This document shows positions 36,153-50,530 of a stretch of DNA of 64,000 bases, piece by piece. The DNA is from Octopus sinensis (Eukaryota), in contig NC_043001.1 in NCBI RefSeq assembly GCF_006345805.1, positions 46,376,001-46,440,000 of the forward strand. The letters run 5' to 3'. The translations under genes were made by a program, and so were the position numbers. The first letter of the stretch is position 1. Each line of letters starts with the position of its first letter. The notes under the pieces were generated by a model that saw only the letters and a list, made by a program, of their open reading frames with translations, searched no databases and was not told where the DNA came from.

Positions 36153-36544
36153 TACTTGTTTCAGTCATTGACTGTGGCCATGCTGGACCACCGCCTTTAG
36201 TCGAGCAAATCGACCCCAGGACTTAATCTTTGTAAGCCTAGTACTTATTATATCGGTCACTTTTGCCGAACCGCTAGTGTTACGGGGACGTAAACACACC
36301 ACCATCGGTTGTCAAGTGATGTTGGAGGGACAAGCACAGGCGTACAAGCATATACACACACATATATATATACATATGTAAGACGGGCTTCTTTCAGTTT
36401 CCGTCTACCAGATCCACTCACAAGGATTTGGTCGGCCCGGGGCTATAGTAGAAGACACTTGCCCAAGGTGCCACGCAGTGGAAATGAACCTGGAACCATG
36501 TGGTTGGTAAGCAAGCTACTTACCACACAGCCACTCCTGCGCCT
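36153..36544 (-). mobile_element. SINE family A, full length
   Basis: Ends in ccactcctgcgcc, the reverse complement of the head. Confidence 0.92.
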
Positions 36545-36608
36545 AGTTTAAATTATTATGCAGTTTAAATTATTATGCAGTTTAAATTATTATGCAGTTT
36601 AAATTATT
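36545..36608. repeat. 17-bp tandem repeat (agtttaaattattatgc) x ~3.7
   Basis: Directly visible. Confidence 0.95.
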
Positions 36609-37211
36609 TGAAGTTTTTCAGTAATGAAGGAGCTATTTTATAACAAAGATACGAAGCTCCATCATTGGAATGTCGATAAGAAAAATATATTCATATTTTG
36701 AACGTGAGAAAAGTCCTGCATGATTTTATTATTCCGCTTACAGATTGTATTTGAAATGTACGAGTTAGCTGATTGACTTCTTTTACTGAAAACCGTAACT
36801 TATCCAAAATGTCACTTAGGTTTTAACTAAGAAAACCAAGTTCAACAATTATTATGTGTATAAATGTGAATTTATAATCTGGGTATTGAAGCCGAAGATT
36901 TCCAAGAATTCATAGTTACCCTCTTTCTTTTTGATGTTCGAAGAGATATTCACATCAGCAAAGCAGTGTGTGTCAATGCATGATTGTTTTGAACATGTAG
37001 AAGACTTCACAAATATTCAGGCTCTCATTTCTTTCCTCCGTTTCTTTTCATCATTCTATATTAAGCTGCATTACAGTTTCTGTTAAAGCCATTCCATTTT
37101 AAAGTTGATTTGATATTTTTGTTTTCGTTTTTAGAGACGTCGACTTTTTTGCCCGTTTTCGGTGGGACTTTGCAACTCGTAGTTTTCAATCTCGATATTA
37201 TTTATCAAAAT

Positions 37212-37600
37212 ATCTCTCTCTATATAAACGGCAGTTTGTCTGTCTGCGTGTCTGTGTGTCTGTTACGTTGTACCCTCACCCTGACCACGGCTTTCAACCG
37301 ATTCTGATGAAACTTGACACACACATAGCCCAATGTCATAATTCAAAACTAACGCAGCGAAAATTTTGAAAAGTTTCCCCAGTTCTGAAAAAAATCGATA
37401 AATTCGACATGGGGTCGAGAATCAGAAACACAAACCACAGACTGTCTAGGGGACGCAACTCGACCTTTTTAACTCTCAAAAAAAAAATTTACCATAATTT
37501 TTTTTCCCATTTTTTGGCTATTTTTTGGCTATAACTCTCTAAAAATGCTTTATAGTTATTTCCCTTACAAACCCGAGCAACGCCGGGCGATACTGCTAGT
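37212..37600 (-). mobile_element. Helentron/DINE-like non-autonomous element
   Basis: Ends in cccgagcaacgccgggcgatactgctagt, the reverse complement of the 24000 and 61875 5' ends. Confidence 0.65.
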
Positions 37601-37996
37601 ATAAAATAAAAGTGGCGCTGGCTTGCAAATTCAAAGTGTAGTCCATCGCTCATCTCGCTTTAGCAGAAGTATAATGGAAGTAAGATAAAAGGGGAATGAA
37701 AAATGGGAATGGATTCGACCAAAAGAAAATCAGTGTTGTAATGAAGATGTGCAAACCGAAGAGCGTGTAAATCATGTCACAACTGTGTTTGTCAGTCTGT
37801 CTATCTGTTTGTCTTTCTATCAGTCTGTTTTATTTATGTGTGTGTGTGTGTGTATAGATATACATACACACACATACACACACATATATATTTATATATA
37901 TGTGTGTGTATGTGTGTATGTATGTATATGTATATATGCACATATATATATGTGTGTGTATGTGTCACACACACACATATATATAGAGAGAGAGAC

Positions 37997-38268
37997 GCAG
38001 GCGTGGCTGTGTTGCAAGAAGCTTGCTTCCCAACCACATGGCTCGGGGTTCAGTCCCACTGCGTGGCACCTTGGGCAAGTGTCTTCTAATATAGCCTCGG
38101 CTTGACCAAGGCCTTGTGTTGATGTGACATAGCAGTTCTGCAAAAGAGACCGATAGAATAAATACTTGCCTTAAAAAAGAAGTCCCGGGGTCGATTTGCT
38201 TGACTAAAGCCTCGCAAGGTGTTGCTGCAGCATGGCCGAAGTCAAATGACTAAAACAAGTAAAAGAAA
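37997..38268 (+). mobile_element. SINE family A with an internal deletion
   Basis: Head and tail present, slot region missing. Confidence 0.8.
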
Positions 38269-38321
38269 TATTTATATATTTACACACACACACACACAAC
38301 ACACACAACACACACACACAC

Positions 38322-38406
<85 letters not shown>

Positions 38407-38454
38407 GCACACATTCCACCAGGACATTGATCTGTGCTGATCACTCCAACTATT

Positions 38455-38719
38455 GGGACACACATACATACATACATACATACATACATACATACATACA
38501 TACATACATACATACATACACACAAATGTATGTATACACATACATATATATTATATATATATATGTGTGTGTGTGTGAGTGTATATGTGGATATATGAAT
38601 ATATGCATGACTCCTTGTATGCATATATAAATATGCATGTATGTATGTATGTATGTATGTATGCATGTATGTATGTATGTATGTATGTATGTATGTATGT
38701 ATGTATGTATGAATGTATG

Positions 38720-38753
<34 letters not shown>

Positions 38754-38775
38754 TGTATGAATGTATGTATGTATG

Positions 38776-38809
<34 letters not shown>

Positions 38810-38850
38810 TGTATGTATGTATGTATGTATGTATGTATGTATGTATGCCT
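38455..38850. repeat. (TACA)n/(TATG)n microsatellites
   Basis: Directly visible. Confidence 0.95.
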
Positions 38851-39182
38851 AGCTATATGTAAATGATTCACGTAAATACATAAATAATCGCCTTTCTTTT
38901 CAATTATTTCCTTTGTATTATTTAATATTTTCTACACCTCCGTCTCTTTTCCACTCTTAAACACAAACAACTCTTCACACAGAAGAAGCAATTTCTCCTC
39001 CATCATCTGATATCATCTCTTAACAGACAACTGTTTGAAGTGTTTTTGTTGCTGATGTGGCTTTGTATTGTTTGTTTGTTTGTTTGTTTGTTTGTTCGTA
39101 TGTCTTTTTTTCTTTATTGTTTTTTTTTGTTTTCCTTATTTTTTCTTCGCTCCTTCATCTCTTTCTTCTTGTTTCAATTTAG

Positions 39183-39408
39183 AATATTGTTTCATCTGAA
39201 GTGTCTCATATCAAATCTTCAGCCTCTCAACATGAAACTACGACTACGACGGCAGCCTCTCCACTGCCGCCGCCACCACCACCACCACCACCACCACCAC
39301 CAGCAGCAGCAGCACTATCAGCAATATCAGCATCGGCAGCATCATCATCAACAGCTGCAATACGACCGCCGCGACCACCAGCACTGTCGGAAGGAACTAC
39401 TTCCACCG
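39183..39408 (+). CDS. Candidate exon, phase 0 to 1, Ser/Thr/Pro/Ala-rich (NIVSSEVSHIKSSASQHETTTTTAASPLPPP...EGTTST)
   Basis: Long pyrimidine tract then tttag acceptor, 226-nt open frame, donor ACCG|gtatca. Confidence 0.4.
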
Positions 39409-39454
39409 GTATCACCAGCATCACCACCATATATGCCAATATATATAAATGTAT

Positions 39455-39532
<78 letters not shown>

Positions 39533-39712
39533 GGATGGATGGATAGAAAGATGTCTTTGTGTGTGTGTATGAAATAAATTGAAGTTGCCATGGCTGTAAT
39601 GCTTTTGATCATAGGTCTGCTCAATCAGGCTTCACCTAGGGTTAAGCAACACCATCAGCGACATACACACATATACTCACACATATACATTCATGCATGC
39701 ACACAAGCATAT

Positions 39713-39761
<49 letters not shown>

Positions 39762-39896
39762 ATTACACATATACACATACATACAAAAATACTTAACTAT
39801 GTGTGTGTGTATGTATATTATGAATGTATGCATGTATAAATGTATGCAAATTCGTACATATGAATATACATACATACACCTATACATATATTCTCT

Positions 39897-40110
39897 TATT
39901 CTTTTATTATTTTACTTGTTTCAGTCATTTGACTGCGTCCATGCTGGAACATCGACTTTCGTCGAGCAAATCCACCCCAGGACTTATTCTTTGTAAGCCT
40001 AGTACTTATCTATCAGTCGAACTGCTAGTTACGGGGACATAAACACACCACCATCGGTTGTCAAGCGATTTTGGGGGGACTAATACAGACACAAAAACAT
40101 ATACACACAC
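39897..40110 (-). mobile_element. SINE family A, 3' part
   Basis: Tail and body match. Confidence 0.8.
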
Positions 40111-40189
40111 ATACGCCTCTGCTCTCTTTCTCGCTGTATACGCCCCACCGTTACCTGTCTTCCGTTTCCCCTCACCAACCACCCCTCGA

Positions 40190-40850
<661 letters not shown>

Positions 40851-40879
40851 TGTATGTATGTCTGTATGTATGTATATAT

Positions 40880-41037
40880 ATGATGGGCTTCTTTCAGTTG
40901 CCGTCTACCAAATCCACTTACAAGGTTTTGGTCGGCCCGAGGCTATAGTAGAAGACACTTACCCAAGGTACTACGCAGTGGGACTGAACCCGGAACCATG
41001 TGGTTGGTAAGCAAGCTACTTACCACACAGCCACTCC
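40880..41037 (-). mobile_element. SINE family A, 5' half
   Basis: Reverse-complement head. Confidence 0.88.
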
Positions 41038-41110
41038 TATTTATCTCTCCCTTCTCTCCCCTTTTTTTTTCTCTCACATACGCACCACGCACATACACAC
41101 ACACACATAT

Positions 41111-41170
<60 letters not shown>

Positions 41171-41229
41171 ATATATATTATATATATATATAAATTCAAT
41201 TTGTGCATTAACTTTGTAGTTTGCTTTAG

Positions 41230-41291
41230 AAAGTTCGTCTACTAGTACCGGCTATGAGACGTTTGGCAGCGAAGATCGATCAAATTATTGA
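41230..41291 (+). CDS. Candidate terminal coding exon ((E)SSSTSTGYETFGSEDRSNY*)
   Basis: Acceptor tttgctttag, phase 1 compatible with 39183-39408. An alternative phase 0 reading (KVRLLVPAMRRLAAKIDQIIEDIYGNS*) is also open. Confidence 0.35.
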
Positions 41292-41469
41292 AGATATATA
41301 TGGAAATTCGTGACTATCCATAGAGATTATATAAATACACACACATCCTTATTTCATAATATGTGATAATATTTCAGCAATCCTTTGCTAAAGTTGCGAT
41401 GAAACAATTGTAGCATTATGCATGTGCAACTTACTCCATTCTTTATATTAACACATATATATGTATGGT

Positions 41470-41880
41470 GACAAGCGGGCACGCCGGGCAAAATGCTTAG
41501 TGGCAGTCCATCCGCTTTTACGTTGTGAGTTCAAACTTCACCGAGGTCGACATTGCCTTTTATCCTTTCGGGGTCAATAACATAAGTACTAGTCGAGTAC
41601 TTGAAGTTGATGTAATTGAATTACCTGCTTCCCTGAAACTGCTGGCCTTGTGCTAAAACCTGAAACCAATATGGATGTAGGTCGACTTATTGGCAGAATT
41701 GTTACCATGTCGGGCATTTCGCTTGTCTTCACGTTCTGAATTCAAAGTTTGCGATGTCGACTTTGCCTTTCATCCTTTCAGAATCGATAAAATAAGTACC
41801 ATTGAACGCTGGAGTTGATGTAATCGACTAACCCCCGCTTTCGAAATTGCTGGCCTTGTGTCAAAATTTGAAGGCAATAT
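41470..41880 (+). mobile_element. Two degenerate SINE family B (B2) copies
   Basis: 41470-41670 and 41690-41880 each carry a B box, central domain and tail. Confidence 0.75.
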
Positions 41881-41901
41881 TTATATATGTAGGTATATGT
41901 G

Positions 41902-41943
<42 letters not shown>

Positions 41944-42070
41944 GTGTCTACATATACATATACAGACATATGCATACATACTTATACGACAGGCTTCTGA
42001 ACAGATTTTGCCAACCAAATTTCTAAGTATTGGTCAGCCCGAAATTTTAGCACAAAACAATTGTCTAAGT

Positions 42071-42423
42071 CAATGGTTCTCAACCAGGGTGCAAATGGCC
42101 TCTATGGGTGCATATAATATTTACGAGTGTTCACATAACAAAATAGTAAAGTCGGGATCCACAATAAAATTTTAAGGGCCCCTGAAGCAATTTTACATTA
42201 GATGTGTGTATTGGTATGTATTGCAAGAAACAACCTGTTTTTTTTCTCTCTAACATCTTACATAAATTCAACCTACACAAGTTAATATACAAAAAACAAA
42301 GTAGGAATTTTGAAAGAAGTATCTATAAAAGTAGTTTTTTAACATCAAATGTCTACAGGAATCCACCAGAATAAAATAGTAATTAAAGGGGTCCAATGAC
42401 AAAACAATGGTTGAGAATCCCTG
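42071..42423 (+). mobile_element. hAT (Charlie-like) MITE with an 8-bp TSD
   Basis: TIRs caatggttctcaacc / ggttgagaatccctg. Flanks gtctaagt / ctctaagt match at 7 of 8. Confidence 0.88.
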
Positions 42424-42651
42424 CTCTAAGTTGTCACACACTGGGTTAGAATGTGGAGCTACGTGGTTGAGAAGCTATCATATGAACTTACTGTTGTGCA
42501 CACATGTAGATATGTGTGTATCTTTATGTTTGTATGTATATTCTGAGCATGGAGAGAAAATTAAATTACATGTTTTTGCCCGTTTTCACAGGGCGGCTTT
42601 TAAACCTGCCGATATATATATATTCATGAAATATTTTGTCGTTTTTTTAAT

Positions 42652-42857
42652 TTTTTTCTTTTACTTGTTTCAGTCACTAGACTGGTCATGCTGGAGTACT
42701 GCCTTGAATTTTTATGCGAATGAATCGACCCCAGTTCTTTCGTTTTTTCAAGCAAGGTATTTATTCGATTGGACTCTTTTTGCCGAACCGCTACATCACA
42801 GGGGACGTAAACACACCAACACCGGTTGTCAAGCCGTGGTGGGAGACAAACACACAC

Positions 42858-42921
<64 letters not shown>

Positions 42922-43060
42922 TACCACGAGCTTCTTTCAGTTTCCGTCTACCAAATCCACACACGAGCACTTGGCCGGCCCCAGGTTATTAGCAGAAGAC
43001 ACTTGCCTACTGTGTCACGCAGTGGAACTGAACCCTGAACCATGTGGCTGGGAAGCAAGC
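42652..43060 (-). mobile_element. SINE family A with a (CA)n slot
   Basis: Tail through head present. Confidence 0.85.
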
Positions 43061-43090
43061 CTTGAGCTCTGCGTAAACACTTATCATTTA

Positions 43091-43138
<48 letters not shown>

Positions 43139-43266
43139 ATACATACACACACACATACACACACAGCGGGCGCGCATTAACTGCTATGAACACCATATCA
43201 ACAAACAGTCATCATCATCAATAAGAATAAAATAGAATAAAATTTGAATAAATAACCTCCACTTAC

Positions 43267-43367
43267 TTTCAAGCAAAGCCGCGCGTGCGTACTGCGACCA
43301 CCTACTCCTCCGTCCTCCGTTACCCACCACCACTCCTACTACGTCTTTAATGGAAATCTCTTCAACG
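43267..43367 (-). CDS. Weak candidate exon, phase 2 to 1 (VEEISIKDVVGVVVGNGGRRSRWSQYARAALLE), or a non-coding first exon
   Basis: Perfect donor GAAA|gtaagt in unique CpG-rich sequence. Weak AAG acceptor. Confidence 0.25.
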
Positions 43368-43561
43368 CTTCAAAGTTGACAGCTTTTAGTTTATTTACAG
43401 CTGTTTCTTTCTATTTGCTTTCCTCTTTCTTTGTTTTCGTTATATGTTTGCCTTTCATTCTTTCTGCTCTTCATTTTCCCTTTCATTTTATTTCTCTCTT
43501 TATGCATTTCTTTTCATCTACATCCGCACACATGCACACACACACACACACATAGATTATT

Positions 43562-43593
<32 letters not shown>

Positions 43594-43607
43594 GTTATGT
43601 ATATATG

Positions 43608-43639
<32 letters not shown>

Positions 43640-43665
43640 GTATATCTATATGTATATATAATATG

Positions 43666-43704
<39 letters not shown>

Positions 43705-44734
43705 CACACACATGTATACATACATATATACATAGGTGTATGTATATATTATATATATATATATGCGTGTGTGTATATATATGTATGTATATACATATAT
43801 ACATATATATGTACATATGTATGTTTATGTATATGTATATATATATTTATAATTAATATATATACACACACATATATAAATGTATGTATACATATACATA
43901 CATATACATGTATGTATGTGACATGTATGTATGTATGTATGTATGTATGTATGTATGTATGTATGTATGTATGCATGTATGTACGTACACAACAATACAA
44001 AGTTCTATATTTAGGAAAGTTGCGAAGTTTGCGCGTTTGATGTAGCTCCAACGGGAATGTTATCTCAGTGTAATAACTTGAGGAAAGGTATCTAAGAAAT
44101 TGCTGGGGAAAAAAAGTATGGGGGGAAAAAGTAAAGAACATAAGACACTATATTTCAGAAAATTATAGACAGAAATGTAAAATCAGCTGAAAGTGTTTAA
44201 CGCGATGAAAATAAATATAAATATACATTATAATAATAAAAGCGAAAATTTGTCTGTCCGTCTGGTAACCCCTGTATTTCAATCTACATTTGCTCTACCT
44301 TTTTGGAATCAGGATGATCGCAGGATTGAAAAATCTGCCCTTCATTTGATTCTTGAACATCTAGCATTGGGATCTGATTTAAAAGCATTTGGGTTTGCTA
44401 TTTCTAGCAGGTAAACCTTGGCTAATTCACGCCACTTTGGTTGGTGTTTGGAATTCTACTTGGGACTGGAACAATAGAACGATTGCATTACAGAATTAAT
44501 TCTCATCCTTCCTTAACTTCTGAGCAAACACCATCGAAGTGCGGCTTTTAAGCTAGTATTCTATATATTTTGTATGCAGGACAAACTCCTTTGTTTTCGG
44601 CCAAATTGCAACGGAGCAAATGCACATTGAGGGTCGTGGCGGGATTTTGATATCTAAACTTCAGTTATTGGCTTACAGCGAAGTATTCACGAAAACATCT
44701 ATAACTTTCAGAAGTATTTACAATATAACATGTG

Positions 44735-44965
44735 TGCATTGATAATAAAGATAATGGCTTCAAATTTCGACACAAAGCCAAGAAGTACGAGAGAGAGTAA
44801 GTCGATACATCGACCCCAGTGCGCAACTGGTACATATTGAATCGATCCCGAAACGATGAAATGAAAAGTCGACTTCGGTGGAATTTGAACTCAGAACGTA
44901 CAGACGGACGGAGTGCCGCCAAGCATTTTGCCCGCCGTGTTTACGATTCTGCCAGCTCGCCGCCT
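44735..44965 (-). mobile_element. SINE family B (B2)
   Basis: Ends in gccagctcgccgcc, the reverse complement of the head. Confidence 0.85.
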
Positions 44966-45246
44966 TTTTGATATAAAAGATAATGGAAAAAATTTTGTTG
45001 GTACAAGGAGAATATCTTAACTTTAGCGAAGATTAGTATTTCCGAGAAATAAAAATAGAATTGTAAACCGCTTGTCTGAAGGAGAATAAATCAGATTGTG
45101 CATACATGAAAATAGACAGTCATATTCTTTATCTCTAGAATTCCTGAACAAAACATTTTTTTATATAAAAGGCCGATGCGTCATATGCAGATTTGCAATC
45201 TTAATTGAAGTGTTATATGCAGCAAAAATTTGAATGTTCACTGAAG

Positions 45247-45299
<53 letters not shown>

Positions 45300-45365
45300 T
45301 ACACATACACACACACATACACACACACACATATAGACACACATTTTCTCTCAATTCAAATTTTG

Positions 45366-45395
45366 CTTGAAGAAGGACATTGTCCGAAACGTTAG
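45366..45395 (+). ncRNA. Degenerate minimal hammerhead motif
   Basis: cTTGAAGA-A-GGAC(ATT)GTCC-GAAACGTT-ag. Stem II and palindromic ACGT are intact. C3 and stem I are not. Confidence 0.35.
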
Positions 45396-45523
45396 ATTTC
45401 CCACTCCTCACATTAAGTTCACTGCACTATTTTTGTCTATTGTACTAAATAATACAAGTTATTCCGACGCAGACCAACATGTCTCCTTGAATTCTATTTT
45501 TCCGTACATATTCTAATACATAT

Positions 45524-45742
45524 TGTTGTGTAGATGCCCCCAGACGATGAAGTAGACTAGCCCAATACGTAGATATAGAGTGAGAAGTCTAGCAGTCGTA
45601 GACTAGCCAGAGAACAGAGTAGTAGACAGGAGAAGAGCAGAGCTGAGTTGAGGCATCCGAACGTGCGACATAACACATATATGGCGACTAACTTCGCAAG
45701 CATGTTTTGAAAGACCAAGGCATATTCTCTCTAGGTATATAT

Positions 45743-45807
<65 letters not shown>

Positions 45808-46250
45808 GATAGATAGATAGATAGATAGGGAGGTAGATAGATAGATAGAAAGAGAGAGAGAGAGAGAGAGAGAGTGAGAAAGAGAGAAGAGTTTGATGAG
45901 TAAGGGAGTTAGCACTCTTTGTGGCTCAAAGCTGATGGCAATGGAAGGGAGATTCTCAGTTTCTCAGTGATCTTTTTGGTTTGACACAACCGAAGGTAGT
46001 TGTATGCAAGGTAGAAACCTGGTAGAATGGAAACAAATTGATTGGAAGGAGATTTGCTAAGTGTAGTTTGCGTGGAGTTGAGTGCAGAGTAGTCAGCGAA
46101 ATCGTAGGCTTTCTCCCGGGAAAGTACTTCTTACAAAGCCATCGTTTTAGCAAAGAGGAGTAAAATAGGATTCTGCAAACCTGGTGAAGGTTATTTTCGT
46201 ATGAGTCCAGAAAGACTGATTGCAGTTTGGGAGGTTGAACACATCGAGTC
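45524..46250 (+). mobile_element. Possible LTR-retrotransposon 5' remnant
   Basis: TGTTGT...ATAACA segment (45524-45675), PBS-like TGGCGAC at 45682-45688, then stop-riddled coding-like sequence. Confidence 0.25.
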
Positions 46251-46524
46251 ACTCGCGTCGCTAGAGTGTGTGCCACCTGGGGCGGCCCCTCCGTTTGCCG
46301 CCCCTGGCATGTCTTTAATTAAATAGGTAACAAAGTAAGAAGCAGAGGTATTAAACTCCTCTAACTTGATACCTATATATATATATTATCACGGACTATC
46401 GGATGTTGTTATACATCTTTGGTCGCAATGTGCTTTGCATCCTTTTAGCCTACAAAGGATGCCACCCCACTTGCATAGACGAACAGCCTAATATTCCATT
46501 GATCGGAAGGCTAGTTCACAGGGT

Positions 46525-46668
46525 TTCCCATTTACAGCTAAGTGGACTGAGGCAACGTAAAATGAAGAGTTTTGCTCAAGAACACTGCACACCATTCGGT
46601 CAGGGAATCGAACCCACGATCTAATGATCGTGAATGCAATACGCTAACCACTAGGACACGCGCCTTGC
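46525..46668 (-). mobile_element. SINE family C/E head and central domain
   Basis: gggaatcgaacccacgat...taaccactaggacacgcgcc. Confidence 0.75.
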
Positions 46669-47603
46669 GGTTTGGGTGTTGCACCTATATATAATCCTAG
46701 AGTTACCAATTTCGAAGAACATAGTCAAACCACTTAGAATAACGGTATGAAAATGAAAAGTTCGAGTGTTAATATATTTTATCAAAACCTAAACTGACAA
46801 TCCACCAAAACAAATTATGATTCCTCCCTTGGTACAACAGGGGCAGCTTTGGTGTATTTAAGCGTGAGATTATTTGTCCCTGACGATGCTCATACAATCA
46901 TTGCCACTGGATCAACTGAAATGGAATGCGCTCTCCTTATGGCATTTTGCTAACAAACACTCACTCTACACACATATGTATAGAGTACGTATTTTAACTA
47001 TGGTTTTTTTTCCAGTTCTATCGTGGGTATATTCTAAACGCTCACACGTGCACAGATAGATACACACGCATGCAGATAGACAGATAGATACATACTCACA
47101 CAATTCTTTCATTAGCCTCATCATGCTATCCATTAAAAAGCCAAATTATTTTAGCTCAGATATCTATAAAAGCGTGGTTTGTTAAAGCATTATAGTAAAC
47201 GTCCAATTATGCTTCCTTCATGTATTACATAATACCCCAGATTATGACCAACATTATAAAGACCAGCTCCAATGTAATCTGCTTGTTATAACTTCCGTTT
47301 CTTTAATGGATTCCCGCCCACCATTCTTTTTGACAACGCTATGCAAAACTCATTGTACAGCACATTGTTCTGAAATGTCTGTCTGGTGAAATTGATGCGG
47401 GAGCTTTTGCGTTCTCCTGGGTTTTCACTTCATAGACTTTCTAACGATACTTTGGCAACAGTGAAGTCCATTCATTTACGATGAATTATCGCGCAGTCGG
47501 ATGACATCGAGAAAAACGTCTTTTGTTTTACATTCAAACGGCTCAACGAAACGCATATTGATACTTGGATTGATGGGACTTTTGGGAGGGTTAATGGTTG
47601 TTT

Positions 47604-47658
<55 letters not shown>

Positions 47659-48065
47659 ATTATATATATATATATATGAAACAACAAATTGCTGTTGTGG
47701 TACAGTTATCCTTACTAATACTTATTCGAACTATTTACAATATTACAATGAAATTCATAGGAAATTATACAATGAAACAATAAAGCGCGTATGTATATAA
47801 TTATTGTGTGTGTGTGTGTACGCAAACAAGGGTACAGAAGTATTTACAGGCATTAAATACACACATGCATACACAAATATATAAACCCTCGAAAGAACAA
47901 ACATACGAACATACATTTATGCGAGTATGTGCTTGTGAATCTGAGTATGTGCGTGTGTGTACATATTCACATATATACATATATAAACCTACATATATAT
48001 AGGTTTGTATGTATAGGTGACCAACACCAGTTTGTTGGACAAGATTAAAAAAATTTTAAACCAAT

Positions 48066-48442
48066 TCTCTTTACTTGTTTCAGTCATTTGACTGCAGCCA
48101 TGCTGGAGCACCGCCTTTAGTCGAGCAAATCGACCCCGGGACTTATTCTTTGTAAGCCCAGTACTTATTCTATCGGTTCTCTTTTGCCGAACCGCTAAGT
48201 GACGGGGACATAAACACACCAGTATCGGTTGTCAAGCAATGCTAGGGGGACAAACACAGACACACAAACACACACGTACACGCATATATATATATACATA
48301 TATACGACGGGCTTCTTTCAGTTTCCGTCTACCAAATCAACTCACAAGGCATTGGTCGGCCCGAGGCTATAGTAGAAGACACTTGCCCCAGGTGCCACGC
48401 AGTGGGACTGAACCCGGAACCATGTGGTTGGTAAGCAAGCTA
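48066..48442 (-). mobile_element. SINE family A
   Basis: Close to the consensus, missing the extreme 5' end. Confidence 0.92.
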
Positions 48443-48695
48443 TTTTTATTAAACATAAGAATTCGGCCATCTCTTCGCAGAACCACCCACAGAGAATATG
48501 GATCCTCCCCTCGGCCTCTGCTATGAAAAACCCTGGATTATACACAGAATGAGCAGTCCTGTGAGCAAACCTGGTCCATCCTTGACCATCCTGTCTGTTT
48601 TTTATGACCAAGATTACACTAGTATGTCCTTCCTATTTTTTTTTAGAACAGTAGCTTGTGATTTTAGTTCAGATTTAGCTGCTGCTTAGATCGAG

Positions 48696-48951
48696 CAGTG
48701 GTTCTCAATCAGAATCCATATGGAACTCAGGGATCCCATTTTTTTTTACTTTTATTACTTGTTTCAGTCATTTGACTGTGGCCATGCTGGAGCACCGCCT
48801 TTAGTCGAGCAAATCGACCCCAGGACTTATTCTTTGTAAGCCTAGTACTTATTCTATCGATCTCTTTTGCCGAACCGCTAAGTTACGGGGACAAACACAG
48901 ACACACAGACATATGCACACACATACCACACACACACACACACACACACAC

Positions 48952-49008
<57 letters not shown>

Positions 49009-49401
49009 ATACATACGACGGGCTTCTTTCAGATTCCGTCTACCAAATCCACTCACAAGGCTTTGGTTGGCCCGAGGCTATAGTAGAAGATACTTGCCCA
49101 AGGTGGCACGCAGTGGGACTGAACCTGGAACCATGTGGTTCGTAAGCAAGCTACTTACCACACAGCCACTCCTACGCCTATATCCATATAAGATTTTATT
49201 ATTAAAATTTATGCGCAATAAACTGGTTATACTTCTACAATACATGAAATATTTAAACACTGTTTCATATAATTCCTAATAATATTTAATCATAAAAATA
49301 TAATAGGGAGTTTTTAGACGTCGAAAGGCTATGAAGGCCGCCCGCCCGAATAAAATAGGAATCAAAGGGGTTCATAGACAAAAAATGGTTGAGAACCACT
49401 G
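48696..49401 (+). mobile_element. hAT-type MITE interrupted by a SINE family A copy (48752-49178, minus)
   Basis: TIRs cagtggttctcaatc / ggttgagaaccactg. TSD not recognisable. Confidence 0.75.
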
Positions 49402-49530
49402 GTGTAGAAGTTCCCTCCATGGTTCATATTACATACGTTATTTCTGCCTGGCGCTGTTTGACATCGCTCCTGCCTAGAACAAAGGATGTCAAAGGTCGTA
49501 GTTGAAGCTATTGCTGTTGAAAATTCTCAC

Positions 49531-49659
49531 CTGTCGTATTTCGCCCGTTGCTTGTTCATTGGTGACAGAATTTGTTGTTTGAACCAAGACGACCTCCAAT
49601 ATCTTCCTATATTGCATGCCTTTAATACTATTTGTATTGTATTTCTGATGTTTTCCAAC
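49531..49659 (-). CDS. Candidate exon, phase 2 to 2 (LENIRNTIQIVLKACNIGRYWRSSWFKQQILSPMNKQRAKYD)
   Basis: Acceptor ttatcttag, donor CAG|gtgaga, 129 nt open, unique sequence. Confidence 0.55.
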
Positions 49660-49944
49660 CTAAGATAATTTTTAAATGTTTCTTTCTTTTTGTATTTTTT
49701 TTCAAGAAAGAAGTAATGTATTGTGCATTAGTTAGAGGCCTATTGTCAGCTGTCAAGTAATAAATTTCTTTCTTTCAGAGCTGAATTAAAGGGGAAGAAA
49801 AAAAAAGGATTTTAAATTGAAATATAAAAATAGTAATACCCGTAAGCCCAAAAACTTTAGGAAAATTGTCAAACAATTTTAACAACTTTTTTACTTCCTA
49901 GTCAAGTTTTCAATATATTTTCTATTGTCTGCATCTGTGTGTGC

Positions 49945-49998
<54 letters not shown>

Positions 49999-50264
49999 CT
50001 ATGGTAAACAAGATAATAAACCTACGACTGAAGCTTTCATACATTTAAATTTATGTGCCTGCCTCTAACCATCAAGGAATATTTTGAAACTTGTCTGCGT
50101 AAGGGTTCCTAGGAATAAGCATTAATATAATATAGGATTCGATACAGGTGTAGACTCGGTCTAAGGAGGCTGACGACCGATAAAATTTCGATATTATCGT
50201 CCATAAAACACATACACACACACACACACACACCTACCCTCTCTCTCCCTTTATCTATCTATCT

Positions 50265-50449
50265 CAGTGCTCAGCAACCAGTGTGCCGCGGCACATCGGT
50301 TAGCAATGAGACGATGTCAGGTGTGCCGCAGTGTAACCTGAATATAAGTTTTATCCCTATACTCTTAGTTATATTTTCAGTTCAGGTGTGCCGCCGAATT
50401 TTGAAAAGAACATAAGTGTATCACACGTGAAAAAAGGTTGCGGAACACT

Positions 50450-50450
<1 letters not shown>
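50265..50450 (+). mobile_element. hAT-type MITE
   Basis: TIRs cagtgctcagcaacc / ggttgcggaacactg (13 of 15). Internal gtgtgccgc motifs. Flanks atctatct / ttctctct. Confidence 0.75.

Positions 50451-50530
<80 letters not shown>

Noticed and set aside
44193-44414. 73-aa plus-strand ORF ending at a CAG|gtaaac donor
   Set aside because: The 3' part overlaps a repeat motif also seen near 21700 (ctgctagaaata), and there is no good acceptor.
47280-47590. Protein-like minus-strand stretches (…TFQNNVLYNEFCIALSKRMVGGNPLKKRKL*) as the terminal exon of the minus-strand gene
   Set aside because: The in-phase acceptor lacks a pyrimidine tract, and an alternative acceptor gives an immediate stop. Unresolved without RNA data.
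49525-49570. TCACC...GAAA...GGTGA hammerhead-like arrangement on the minus strand
   Set aside because: No CUGANGA or NUH. It is better explained as the end of a coding exon and its gtgaga donor.
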